This document shows, one piece after another, positions 10,801 through 20,281 of a DNA stretch of 64,000 bases (the first letter of the stretch is position 1; every line of letters begins with the position of its first letter). Below the pieces are notes generated by a model. The model was given only the letters and a program-made list of their open reading frames with translations, made no database searches and had not been told where the DNA came from. Source of the stretch: Sedimentisphaerales bacterium (GTDB lineage Bacteria; Planctomycetota; Phycisphaerae; Sedimentisphaerales; Anaerobacaceae); assembly GCA_963708075.1 (NCBI GenBank), contig OY970194.1:96001-160000 (forward strand), written 5' to 3'. Position numbers and translations under genes: made by a program.

Positions 10801-12872
10801 AAAAAACCGGAAACCGCCGCCTCCTCCAGCTTGATGTAGTCGAGCCCGAACATGTAGTTCTTGACGGCCTTGGGATTGGCGCCGACGATCTCGACGCGCA
10901 GCACATGCTGGCCCTTGGTCAGTTCGTGCATACCCATGTCGAGGACCCCGGTGGGGACCACGCCGTTGTTATAGAGGTCGATGGGCCCGCCGAGCTTCTT
11001 GCCATCAAGCGAAAGCTGCACAATGCCGTAATCGACCGCCTTGGTGAGCTGCATCTTGAGCCGATACGTGCCGGCCTTTTCCACCGGGACAGCCAGATCG
11101 AGCGTGTCGCCCGGCTTGGTCTCGATCCACCACAGATGCGACTCGCTGCTCCAGCCGTCGCCGAAGAGCGACAGATCCTGTGGCGAGGGATTGCCGCCGG
11201 TCTTGGCCAGAATCTTCATGTCCTCGCCTTCAATCGCGCCCTTGACTTTGGTCACTTGGATGGGACCCCAATAGCCCGTCCGCTGATCGAGCGGGACGGC
11301 TGTGTAGGGATCACTCTGCCCGGCGGCCTGGTACCAGTACACTGTGGCCGCGTACAGGGTCGGTCGGGCGTTGGCGTAGTACTTCTCGATCGCACCTTCG
11401 AACGATTTCTGGAAGGGGATGTTATCGGTGATGTGCCACCGGTTGACGCTGATGTGGCCGCGATTGTTCATGCTGATCGTCTGGTTGTGATAGGCGTTCT
11501 GGAACAGCGTGGGGTTGCACCAGGCATAGCCGAAGTAGTCCTCCGAGCCGGTGCCGATGGTGGACGGGAATTTCTCGCCATCGACGAAGAACTTCTCGTC
11601 GCCCTCGCCCCACCAACTGCCTCGCGGGTTCCACACGTGGAGCATTACGCCGCAGAAACGCCCCCGGCCCTGCGTCTTGAGCATTGTCCAGTCGATCTTC
11701 GCCCGCTCCGCATCCTGGGGCAGGTAGGCGTCCCGGTGCCATTTCGCATGGAACCGCCCGAGCTGCTCAATGGGTCGCCGCAAGGGCGCGTGTATCGCCC
11801 TCAGGTCCAGTGTTCGCGCCTTGGTACCCTCGTTGATGAACTCGAACTTCGCCGAAGTGGCAAAGGGCATGTACCAGTTGCAGTAGTAGCCTTCCTCGGT
11901 CATCCCCAGCGGGAACGAGCGGTAGAGGTTCGCGCCGGGGGCGGTGCCGAAGAAGTCGCCGAGCGGCGACCATACGGCGGGTTTGTCCTCGTCGTCCCAC
12001 GTGACCTGCAGCACGATGTCGCGCAGGGCTTGAATCTCGTCCTCACGATTGTCGAACTTGCCGTTCACGGCGAACCCTGTGATGGCTCGCGGGCCATCCA
12101 GTGTCGCTTCAAACCGGTCTCCCGGCTCAATCGTCACGGTCGTTTCCGCATTTTCTGCATCTGCCGGCACTCCGGCCGGGGCGGGGCCGCCCTTGGTCAG
12201 GACTTTGTTGGCTTCGTCGAGGGCCGCATTCTCTTCGGTGGACAGTTGCCGCTTGAATGTCGGCACCTGCGTGCCTTTGGGGTACGTGGTGTAGACGAAC
12301 TGGAAATAGGCGCCCCAGTTCTTGTCGGCCGTGATCTTGCACGACTTCTGGTAGGGGATGGGCGTGTAGTTGTTCCAGCCCATGGCGACGGTGTGGACAA
12401 GGGCCGAACGCGTGAAGGGCTCATTCTTGCCGTCGAAATACCCCTTGAACGGCAGATCGATCGTCGGCTCCTTGGCGCCGTCGAGGTAGATGCGCACGTG
12501 GCCCTGCTCGGGCTTGGCCGACCAGATTCGCCAGATGCATCCCGGCCCTTCCATCTCGGCGAATACGAACTGGTCGCCCTCCTTGCGAATGAAACCGTCG
12601 CCGTCGCCGTTGGCGTCCCAGCCGATGTACTTGCCGGAGGCTTTGTCGTACCGGCTGTCGCGATCATAGCTGGACCACTGGCTGCACGTCTCACCCGGTG
12701 CAGGCAGGGTCGCCAGTTGCTCCAGGTCCGCCAGCCGGTGGACCAGATCGACGTAGGTCAGCTTGTCCGGGGCGGCGTTCCCCGCATTCGCGAAGAACGT
12801 GGGCAGGGCAAGGCAGCAGGCGACAAGAACATGGATCGACAATCCGGCGGGAACTCGTGCAACGTCCTTCAT
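10761..12872 (-). CDS. Secreted DUF2961 / GH172 glycoside hydrolase
   Basis: SSYDR, GPGCIWRIW, PLGDFFG, WWGEGDEKFFVDGE, GTGSEDYFG; signal peptide; AAGGAGG RBS. Confidence 0.9.
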   Translation of the reverse strand: MKDVARVPAGLSIHVLVACCLALPTFFANAGNAAPDKLTYVDLVHRLADLEQLATLPAPGETCSQWSSYDRDSRYDKASGKYIGWDANGDGDGFIRKEGDQFVFAEMEGPGCIWRIWSAKPEQGHVRIYLDGAKEPTIDLPFKGYFDGKNEPFTRSALVHTVAMGWNNYTPIPYQKSCKITADKNWGAYFQFVYTTYPKGTQVPTFKRQLSTEENAALDEANKVLTKGGPAPAGVPADAENAETTVTIEPGDRFEATLDGPRAITGFAVNGKFDNREDEIQALRDIVLQVTWDDEDKPAVWSPLGDFFGTAPGANLYRSFPLGMTEEGYYCNWYMPFATSAKFEFINEGTKARTLDLRAIHAPLRRPIEQLGRFHAKWHRDAYLPQDAERAKIDWTMLKTQGRGRFCGVMLHVWNPRGSWWGEGDEKFFVDGEKFPSTIGTGSEDYFGYAWCNPTLFQNAYHNQTISMNNRGHISVNRWHITDNIPFQKSFEGAIEKYYANARPTLYAATVYWYQAAGQSDPYTAVPLDQRTGYWGPIQVTKVKGAIEGEDMKILAKTGGNPSPQDLSLFGDGWSSESHLWWIETKPGDTLDLAVPVEKAGTYRLKMQLTKAVDYGIVQLSLDGKKLGGPIDLYNNGVVPTGVLDMGMHELTKGQHVLRVEIVGANPKAVKNYMFGLDYIKLEEAAVSGFFSPAILATGSPTR

Positions 12873-12930
12873 TTTCGGCCTCCTTTTGGAAAACGACACG
12901 CAACAAGACATCAACGACAGGTCGATGTGT

Positions 12931-12965
12931 CACTTATCCCTTGTCACTCATCGCTTGTCAACTGC
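12931..12965. repeat. Degenerate heptamer array (CACTTAT CCCTTGT CACTCAT CGCTTGT CAACTGC)
   Basis: 7-bp periodicity in the divergent intergenic region. Confidence 0.55.
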
Positions 12966-13172
12966 AAACCCTGGGTGGACGTTTCTCGGGAGTACAGCGC
13001 CGATGCTGTCGCCGCGGCAATTCTTCGAAATCATAACTTTGATGGCCGGGCTATTGAGATCGTAGGGAGGGCAGTAGTATCATGGTACTCATCGTAAGTA
13101 GAAGCATCGTGTATGAAGCCAGGTAAGGGACTGCTGTTGAACCGGGGCCTATTCGCTGAGGGGAGCATTGGC

Positions 13173-14942
13173 ATGAGAGAATCGATTCTGCTGTTTGCGG
13201 CGTTGATCGGTGTTGCCTTCGGGGCTGAAGGCATTTGGGCGAGCGAGATCCATGTCTCCAAGGCAGGAAGCGATTCCGCGTCCGGCAGCTCCGCTCAGCC
13301 GTTTCTGACCATCAGCAAGGCTGCGTCCGTGGCGCAGCCTGGGGATACCATCATTGTGCATGCCGGGACATATCGCGAGTGGGTCAAGCCCGCTCGCGGC
13401 GGCACCGAGGACAGTAGACGCATTACTTACCGGGCTGCACCCGGCGAGGAAGTCCTCGTCAAAGGCTCCGAGCGCATCACCTCCTGGACAGCCGAAGCCG
13501 ATGGCGTCTGGAGAGTGGAACTGCCGAACTCATTCTTCGGGGACTACAACCCCTACTCGCTGCAGGTCTCCGGGGGCTGGCTCAACTACGGCCAGTGGCA
13601 TCATCGCGGGGACGTCTATCTCAATGGCGAGGCCTTCTACGAAAAGCAGACCGCACAGGAACTGGCGGGGGCCGAGCGCACCTGGTTTTGCCAGGTGGAC
13701 GGGGACGTGACGACGATCCGGGCGAACTTCGGCAAGGCCAATCCCAATACGGAGCTGGCCGAGATCAATGTCCGCGAGAGCATCTTCATGCCGGAGATCA
13801 CCGGCATGAGGTACATCACCATCGACGGCTTTCATTTCATGCACGCGGCCGCCAACTGGGCGCCGCCGGTTCTGGAACTACAGACGGGTGCTGTCGGCCC
13901 GCGGATGGGAAAGCACTGGATCATCGAGAATTGCACGGTCACCAACGCCCGCTGCGTGGGCATTATTCTCGGCCAGGCGCCGGGGGTAGACTACAGCGAC
14001 ATCGATGCCTACGGCGACCACATCGTCCGCAACAATGTGATTCGACGGTGCGGGCAGGCGGGCATCGCCGGCCAGAAAGGGGCCACTCGCTCGCTGATCT
14101 GCGGCAATCTCATCGAAGACACCAACTATCGCAAGGAGTTCGGCGGCTGGGAGACCGCCGCCATCAAGTTCCACAACAGCGTGGACACGGTCATCAGCGG
14201 CAATCTGATCCGAGGGGTCTACCGGCAGGAGCAGGGGGCCTTCGGGATTTGGATGGACTTCGGCAATCAGGGCACCCGGATCACCCGCAACATCATCTAC
14301 AACACGGACGCGGCCACGATTTTCCTGGAGATGGATCACGGTCCCACTCTCGTCGATAACAATGTCCTCGTCGGACCGTCCGTCCGGAGCAATTCCGAGG
14401 CCACGGTGTTCGCGCACAATCTGTTCGTCGATTGCGGGTACGACTACAGCCCCGACACCGGACGGCGTTCCGAGTACTACTCGCCACATACGACGAAGGT
14501 AGTCGGACGCAAGATCCGGCACGGCCCAGGATGACGCTGGTTCAACAATCTCTTCATCCGGCAGGGACTGGATCAGGTCAAGACCGCCCCGGGCTACGCG
14601 TCCGATTACAACGTCTTTCTGGAAGGCGCCAAGAAGAGCTCCTTCGGCGACGAGAAGAGCATCGTTGATCCTTATGTCACTGGATTTGCCATCAAGGATG
14701 ATCCGCGGGGCGCTGCTATCACGTTCTCCATGAATGACGCGCCGTTCGGTGTGCAAGGGCCGCAGGTCAATGCTGAGTTGGTCGGTGTCTTCGCGACTGT
14801 CGGTCAGACGATTGAGGACCGTTATGGCCACGCCATCAAGGTCGATGCCGACATCAACGGCAAGCCGTACACCCGGCCAATCGCCGGCCCGCTCACGGAC
14901 CTCCGGAAAGGGTCCAACACGATCGTCTGGTCAGGCAAATAG
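13173..14942 (+). CDS. DUF1565 / right-handed beta-helix glycoside hydrolase (GH120-like); internal TGA at 14532 from paired indels
   Basis: IHVSKAGSD..G...PFLTISKAA..AQPGDTIIVHAGTYRE, ETAAIKFH, GIWMD; same frame continues RWFNNLF...IVWSGK to 14942. Confidence 0.8.
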
Positions 14943-14966
14943 TAACCTGATGAAGGAATATGTGGG

Positions 14967-17897
14967 ATGATTCACTCCGGTGTCAGATTTCAGCTCCTGC
15001 TCGTATTTCTTGTTGTGTTTGGTTTCTGCGGTGCCGTACGTGTTGCCGCCGACAGCCGCCTGGAGCGAGGCTTTTCGGATCCGCCGAACGAAGCCCGGCT
15101 GCGGGCGTACTGGTGGTGGCTCAACGGCGATGTCACCAAGGATGCGATTACGCGCGACCTGGAGGAGATGAAGGCGAAGGGTTTCGGCGGTGCGTTGATC
15201 TGCGATGCCGATGGTTCGAGCCAGGATGGCAATCAGCGTGCGCCACACGGCCCGACCTTCCTGTCAGAGCCGTGGCGCGAGCTATTCAAACACACGCTTC
15301 GCGAGGCGAACCGCCTCGGCCTGGAAATGAGCCTCAACATCCAGAGCGGCTGGAATGTCGGCGGGCCCATGGTCAAGCCCGAGGACGCTCCAAAGAAGTT
15401 GGTCTGGACCGAGACCCGCCTCACCGGCCCCAACGCCGTCGAGGTGCAACTGCCCACGCCCAAGGGGCGCGATGGCTTCTACCGTGATCTGTACGTGCTT
15501 GGCTTCCGGGTGAAGCCGGAGGGTGCCATACGCCGTCCGTTGCAGAACTGGCAGCAGAAGGCCCTGCTCAAGCCGCTTGTGCCTTTCTCGGCGCCGGACA
15601 GCCGGCCGTTGTTCGAGGAGTCTCCGGCTGAGCCGGGGGAGGAAGACACGCACGCCGGCGACGTCCTGGACGTGACGGCCAAATGTGGTTCGGACGGGGC
15701 ACTGCGTTGGGACGTGCCGGAGGGGACCTGGGACATCCTGCGTTTCGGCTACACACTCAATGACCACTGCCGCGTCTCGACGTGCAGCGAGGGCTGGGAT
15801 GGATACGCCCTGGACCCGTTTGACGCACAAGCTTTCCGGAATTACTGGGACGCGGTCGTCGAGCCGCTGATTGCCGACGCCGGGCCTTTCGCCGGCAAGA
15901 CGCTCAAGTACTTGCACACGGATAGCTGGGAGGTGGAGGTGGCCAACTGGACCGGCACGCTTCGCGAGGAGTTCCGCAGTCGCCGCGGTTACGACCTGCT
16001 GCCATATCTGCCTGTTATCGCCGGCCGGATCGTGGACAGCCGCCAGGTGAGCAACCGCTTCCTCAATGATTTTCGCCGGACGATGGGCGATCTGGCGATT
16101 GCCAATCACTATCAGCTCTTCCGCGATGGCGCGCACCGGCACGGGATGCAGATTCACCCGGAATCCGGTGGGCCTCACGCCGTGCCGATTGACGCCCAGC
16201 AGTGCCTTGGTTTCAACGATGCCCCGATGAGCGAATTCTGGGCGTGGTCCTGGCGGCATCGCGTGGGCGACACCAACCGCTTCTTTGTCAAGCAGCCCGC
16301 CTCCGCCGCCCACGCCTACGGCCGCAAGCTCGTTCTGGCGGAAGGCTTCACGACCATCGGCCCGCACTGGCAGGAGACGATCTGGGACAACCTCAAGCCG
16401 TCATTCGATCATGCGCTGTGCGAGGGGTTGAATCTGCTCGTGTGGCACGCGTTTGTCTGCTCGCCGCAGGAGGCGGGGATGCCGGGCATTCAGTATTTCG
16501 CCGGCACTCACATGAACCCGAACTCCACGTGGTGGAGCCGTTCGGGCCCGTTCTTCGATTACATCAATCGCTGCCAGTGGATGCTGCAGCAGGGGCTGTT
16601 CGTGGCGGACGCCGCTTATTACTACGGCGACCACGTGCCCAATTTCACGCAATTGAAGCGCACCGACCCTGCGAAGGTCCTGTCCGGCTATGACTATGAC
16701 GTCGTCACCGAGGAAGTCATTCTCACGCGCATGGCGGTCAAGGACGGTCGCATCGTGTTGCCCGATGGGATGAGTTACCGCGTGCTGGTGCTGCCGGATC
16801 GGACGATGATCTCGCTGCCGGTGCTGCGGAAACTCAGGGAACTCGTCCTGGCCGGAGCGACCATCATCGGACCCAAGCCGGTAGAAGCCAGCACACTACG
16901 GGATTATCCGCAGTGTGATGCTGAGGTGGCTAAGCTCGCAGGGGGACTATGGACCGGTGGCGAGGGACGAGTGATCCAGGGAAAGACGGCCCGCGAGGTG
17001 CTGTTGGCGGATGGGGTGCCGCCCGATTTTGAGTTTACGCTTGGGCCGGCGTCAACGCTGCCGGTGCCTGCCGGCACGGAGAAACAAGCCCAGTCGATTC
17101 TCTTGGAAGGTGTCCCCACGCTCAACTATCTCCATCGCCGTGCCGGCGATGCGGATATTTACTTCGTCTGCAACAGTTCGAATCGTTACGTCACGGCGTC
17201 CTGCGTCTTTCGCGTGGCCGGCAAGCTGCCCGAAATCTGGGACCCGGTGAGCGGCGGCATCCGTAAAGCGACTGCATGGTCGCAGACGGCCGGCCGGACA
17301 ACGGTGCCGCTGGAATTCACGCCCTATGCCTCGATGTTCGTGGTATTCCAACAGCCGGTCTCTACCGGTGCAGCGGGCAAGGCGACAGGGAATTTCGCGG
17401 CGCTCACGCCGGTGCACCAGCTTGATGGCCCGTGGACGGTGCAGTTCGATCCAAAGTGGGGCGGTCCGGCATCGGCCGAATTCGAGTCGCTGATCAGTTG
17501 GACGCAGTGTCCGGAAGACGGCATCAAGTTCTATTCAGGCACGGCCACGTATCGCAAGACCTTTGATCTGCCGAAGTCTGCACGCGAGGAGGGCGACCGG
17601 TTGTGGCTCGATCTCGGCAACATCAAGGAGTTGGCCGAAGTCCGTCTGAACGGCAAGAGCCTCGGTGTGCTCTGGGCGTTTCCGTTCCGCGTGGATGTGA
17701 CCGATGCCCTGAAGTCCGGGGACAACAAGCTGGAGGTGGATGTGGTCAACTTCTGGCCCAACCGCATCATCGGGGATGAATTCCTCCCGCCACAGGAACG
17801 TTTCACAAAGACGAATATTCGCAAGCTGACCCGCGAGACGCCGCTGATGGAGTCGGGCCTGCTCGGACCCGTCACGCTTTGCACGGCGCGCAACTGA
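14967..17897 (+). CDS. Secreted GH106 (alpha-L-rhamnosidase-like) glycoside hydrolase
   Basis: RAYWWWLNGDVTKDAITRDLEEMKAKGFGG, LHTDSWE, PMSEFW, AEGFT, FWPNRIIGD, ESGLLGPV. Confidence 0.88.
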   Translation: MIHSGVRFQLLLVFLVVFGFCGAVRVAADSRLERGFSDPPNEARLRAYWWWLNGDVTKDAITRDLEEMKAKGFGGALICDADGSSQDGNQRAPHGPTFLSEPWRELFKHTLREANRLGLEMSLNIQSGWNVGGPMVKPEDAPKKLVWTETRLTGPNAVEVQLPTPKGRDGFYRDLYVLGFRVKPEGAIRRPLQNWQQKALLKPLVPFSAPDSRPLFEESPAEPGEEDTHAGDVLDVTAKCGSDGALRWDVPEGTWDILRFGYTLNDHCRVSTCSEGWDGYALDPFDAQAFRNYWDAVVEPLIADAGPFAGKTLKYLHTDSWEVEVANWTGTLREEFRSRRGYDLLPYLPVIAGRIVDSRQVSNRFLNDFRRTMGDLAIANHYQLFRDGAHRHGMQIHPESGGPHAVPIDAQQCLGFNDAPMSEFWAWSWRHRVGDTNRFFVKQPASAAHAYGRKLVLAEGFTTIGPHWQETIWDNLKPSFDHALCEGLNLLVWHAFVCSPQEAGMPGIQYFAGTHMNPNSTWWSRSGPFFDYINRCQWMLQQGLFVADAAYYYGDHVPNFTQLKRTDPAKVLSGYDYDVVTEEVILTRMAVKDGRIVLPDGMSYRVLVLPDRTMISLPVLRKLRELVLAGATIIGPKPVEASTLRDYPQCDAEVAKLAGGLWTGGEGRVIQGKTAREVLLADGVPPDFEFTLGPASTLPVPAGTEKQAQSILLEGVPTLNYLHRRAGDADIYFVCNSSNRYVTASCVFRVAGKLPEIWDPVSGGIRKATAWSQTAGRTTVPLEFTPYASMFVVFQQPVSTGAAGKATGNFAALTPVHQLDGPWTVQFDPKWGGPASAEFESLISWTQCPEDGIKFYSGTATYRKTFDLPKSAREEGDRLWLDLGNIKELAEVRLNGKSLGVLWAFPFRVDVTDALKSGDNKLEVDVVNFWPNRIIGDEFLPPQERFTKTNIRKLTRETPLMESGLLGPVTLCTARN

Positions 17898-17900
17898 GAG

Positions 17901-20168
17901 GTGATGGTGAAGAACATGACATCAGGGCTTTGGACGAAAATCGTAGTCATCGTAGCCGTGACGACCTCGGTCTTATCCGCTCAGACGAAAACACAGTGGC
18001 AGGAGTTGGACGGAACGCGGATTCCTGTCCCACCGTCGGAGCATCCCAGGCTCTACCTGCGTGCCGAGCACGTGGCGCAGTTGCCGCAACGGTTGAAGGA
18101 CCCTGTGCTCCAGCCGGTGGTTGAGCGGTTGCAGACGCAGGCGAAAAGATCGCCGCAGTCGGAGGTTGAGTGGGATGCATTGCAGTACCTGGTGACCCAC
18201 GATGCCAAGCTTGGCCGCGCCGTCATTGAGTCTACGCTGCCACTGCTTCAAAAATGCGTGCTGGCGGACAAGCAGGATGCCTGCCGAGAAACAGGCCGCA
18301 TGATGGTCACCGGCGCTATTGTATACGACTGGTGCTACAGTCTGCTGACGGCGGAGGAGAAGCAGGCGTTCATCAAGGAACTGGTCCGCTTGGCCGGGAC
18401 GCAGGAGTGCGGCTATCCGCTCACGGGCCAGGGCTCGGTCACGGGACACTCCTCCGAGGCGATGATCATGCGCGACATGCTGTCGGCCGGGATCGCGATC
18501 TATGACGAGTTTCCGGAGATGTATCGCCTGGCGGCCGGACGGTTCTTCCGCGAGCATCTGCCGGTGCGAAACTGGTTCTATGGCGGCCATGCCTATCACC
18601 AGGGCGACTCCTACGGCCCGCACCGCTATAGTTGGGACACGTATCCGCTGTGGATCTTCGACCGGCTGGGCGCGGGCAACGTGTACAATCCCGAGCAGCG
18701 TTTCGTGCCTTACCTGTGGATTTACGCCACACGACCCGATGGCCAGCGGCTGCGGGCCGGGGACACCTTCGCCCACAGCGCACCTCGCGGCCAGCCGTGG
18801 AGCCAGTATATCGGGACTGTCCTGACCGCCAGCTATTACAGCGACGGCATTCTGCTCGACCAATATCAGCGTCAGGGCGGCAGCGGCGGCAATGAGACGA
18901 TCTTCGAAGTGCTCTGGCGAGACACCTCGCTCCAACCGAAATCCATCCGCACGCTGCCGTTGTCACGATATTCTGGCTCACCCTTCGGCTGGATGATCGC
19001 CCGCACCGGCTGGGATGAGAACGCGGTTATTGCGGAGATGAAGATCAATGAGTACAACTTCGTGAATCACCAGCACCTGGATGCAGGCGCGTTTCAGATC
19101 TACTACAAAGGCGCACTGGCCGTCGATTCGGGCCTCTATCAAGGAGGATCATCCGGCGCTTACGGCAGTCCGCATTGCCTGAACTACTACTGGCGCACCA
19201 TCGCACACAACAGCTTGCTCGTTTACGATCCGAACGAGGACTTCGGCAGACGCGGATATGGTAATGACGGCGGCCAGCGCCTGCCCAACGGCCGGTCCGA
19301 GGCACGCAATCTCGATGTGCTGCTTGCACCACGGAACGGGTATCGCACTGGAAAGGTGCTCGCGTATGGCTTCGGTCCCGACCCGCAGATGCCGGACTTC
19401 ACATGGTTGCGAGGCGATCTCACCGAGGCATACGGCAAGAAGGTCCGGCAGGTGACACGCTCTTTCGTTTTCCTGAACCTGCGCAACTCGCATGTGCCGG
19501 CGGCGATGATTGTCTTTGATTACGTGATAAGTGCTGATCCAGCCTTTCGCAAGTATTGGCTCCTGCACACACTCGAAGAGCCTCGTGTGGAGTCCGCGTC
19601 GGCCGTGGTGGATTGTACCCAGCACGGCAGCAGCGGCCGCCTCATGCTGGACGTACTGTTGCCGCCATCGACAGACGCGGACCTGGCCAAAGTGGGCGGG
19701 CCGGGCAAGGAGTACTGGGTGTTCGGCCAGAACTATGCCAACGATGTCGATCTGCAGCGGCTGGAGCGAAGCTCCATAGAGACTGGCGCGTGGCGGATCG
19801 AGCTGTCCCCAAAGGCCGCTGCTGCCGAGGACCTGTTCCTCACGGTCATGCAGGTGACCGATCGCCAATCGCCGTCTCGCTGGCCGGTGCAACGCCTGGA
19901 TGCAGGTGAACGCGTGGGCTGCGTGATCGAAGGGCCCGAGACATCGTGGGTTGTTCTTATGCGCAAAGACAGCCAACGCTCCGCCTCGACGCTGAAGTTC
20001 ACTGTGCCGGGTGCTCGTCCCAGCCGTATGCTGGTGACCGACCTGGAGCCGGGCCGATGGCGTGCACAGCGCGAAGGTTCCATGGAGACCCGTGATCTCG
20101 TGGTCAGCGAGGAATCAGGGGTTGCATGGCTCGAGGGCTCGGCAGGGACCTGGACGCTTTCCCGGTGA
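17901..20168 (+). CDS. Heparinase II/III family polysaccharide lyase (heparinase II/PL21-like)
   Basis: GHSSE, YHQGDSYG, ARTGW, NHQHLDAGAFQIYYKGALAVDSG, RTIAHNSLL; signal peptide. Confidence 0.85.
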   Translation: MMVKNMTSGLWTKIVVIVAVTTSVLSAQTKTQWQELDGTRIPVPPSEHPRLYLRAEHVAQLPQRLKDPVLQPVVERLQTQAKRSPQSEVEWDALQYLVTHDAKLGRAVIESTLPLLQKCVLADKQDACRETGRMMVTGAIVYDWCYSLLTAEEKQAFIKELVRLAGTQECGYPLTGQGSVTGHSSEAMIMRDMLSAGIAIYDEFPEMYRLAAGRFFREHLPVRNWFYGGHAYHQGDSYGPHRYSWDTYPLWIFDRLGAGNVYNPEQRFVPYLWIYATRPDGQRLRAGDTFAHSAPRGQPWSQYIGTVLTASYYSDGILLDQYQRQGGSGGNETIFEVLWRDTSLQPKSIRTLPLSRYSGSPFGWMIARTGWDENAVIAEMKINEYNFVNHQHLDAGAFQIYYKGALAVDSGLYQGGSSGAYGSPHCLNYYWRTIAHNSLLVYDPNEDFGRRGYGNDGGQRLPNGRSEARNLDVLLAPRNGYRTGKVLAYGFGPDPQMPDFTWLRGDLTEAYGKKVRQVTRSFVFLNLRNSHVPAAMIVFDYVISADPAFRKYWLLHTLEEPRVESASAVVDCTQHGSSGRLMLDVLLPPSTDADLAKVGGPGKEYWVFGQNYANDVDLQRLERSSIETGAWRIELSPKAAAAEDLFLTVMQVTDRQSPSRWPVQRLDAGERVGCVIEGPETSWVVLMRKDSQRSASTLKFTVPGARPSRMLVTDLEPGRWRAQREGSMETRDLVVSEESGVAWLEGSAGTWTLSR

Positions 20169-20281
20169 CCGGCAAGTGCTTCAAGCCCGTCGCCCTCCCA
20201 GTGCTCGGAAGGTATAATACCCGGCACGTTGTCGGGCTGGACAGTGCACGCGGGCGACCGCGATTGTGAAGGAGAAGAATC

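Noticed and set aside
10905..13097. Long antisense ORFs (also 2638..4269, 40112..41545, 42633..44303, 34681..36111)
   Set aside because: Shadows of real genes on the opposite strand in GC-rich DNA; no recognisable motifs
14532..14534. In-frame TGA as selenocysteine or recoding
   Set aside because: The position corresponds to Asp in the shifted frame; paired indels explain it, and TGA is a normal stop elsewhere in the window
17035..17122. Possible third repeat-derived in-frame insert in GH106 (GPASTLPVPAG...EGVPT)
   Set aside because: Looks like an insertion, but the inverted repeat is too degenerate to support
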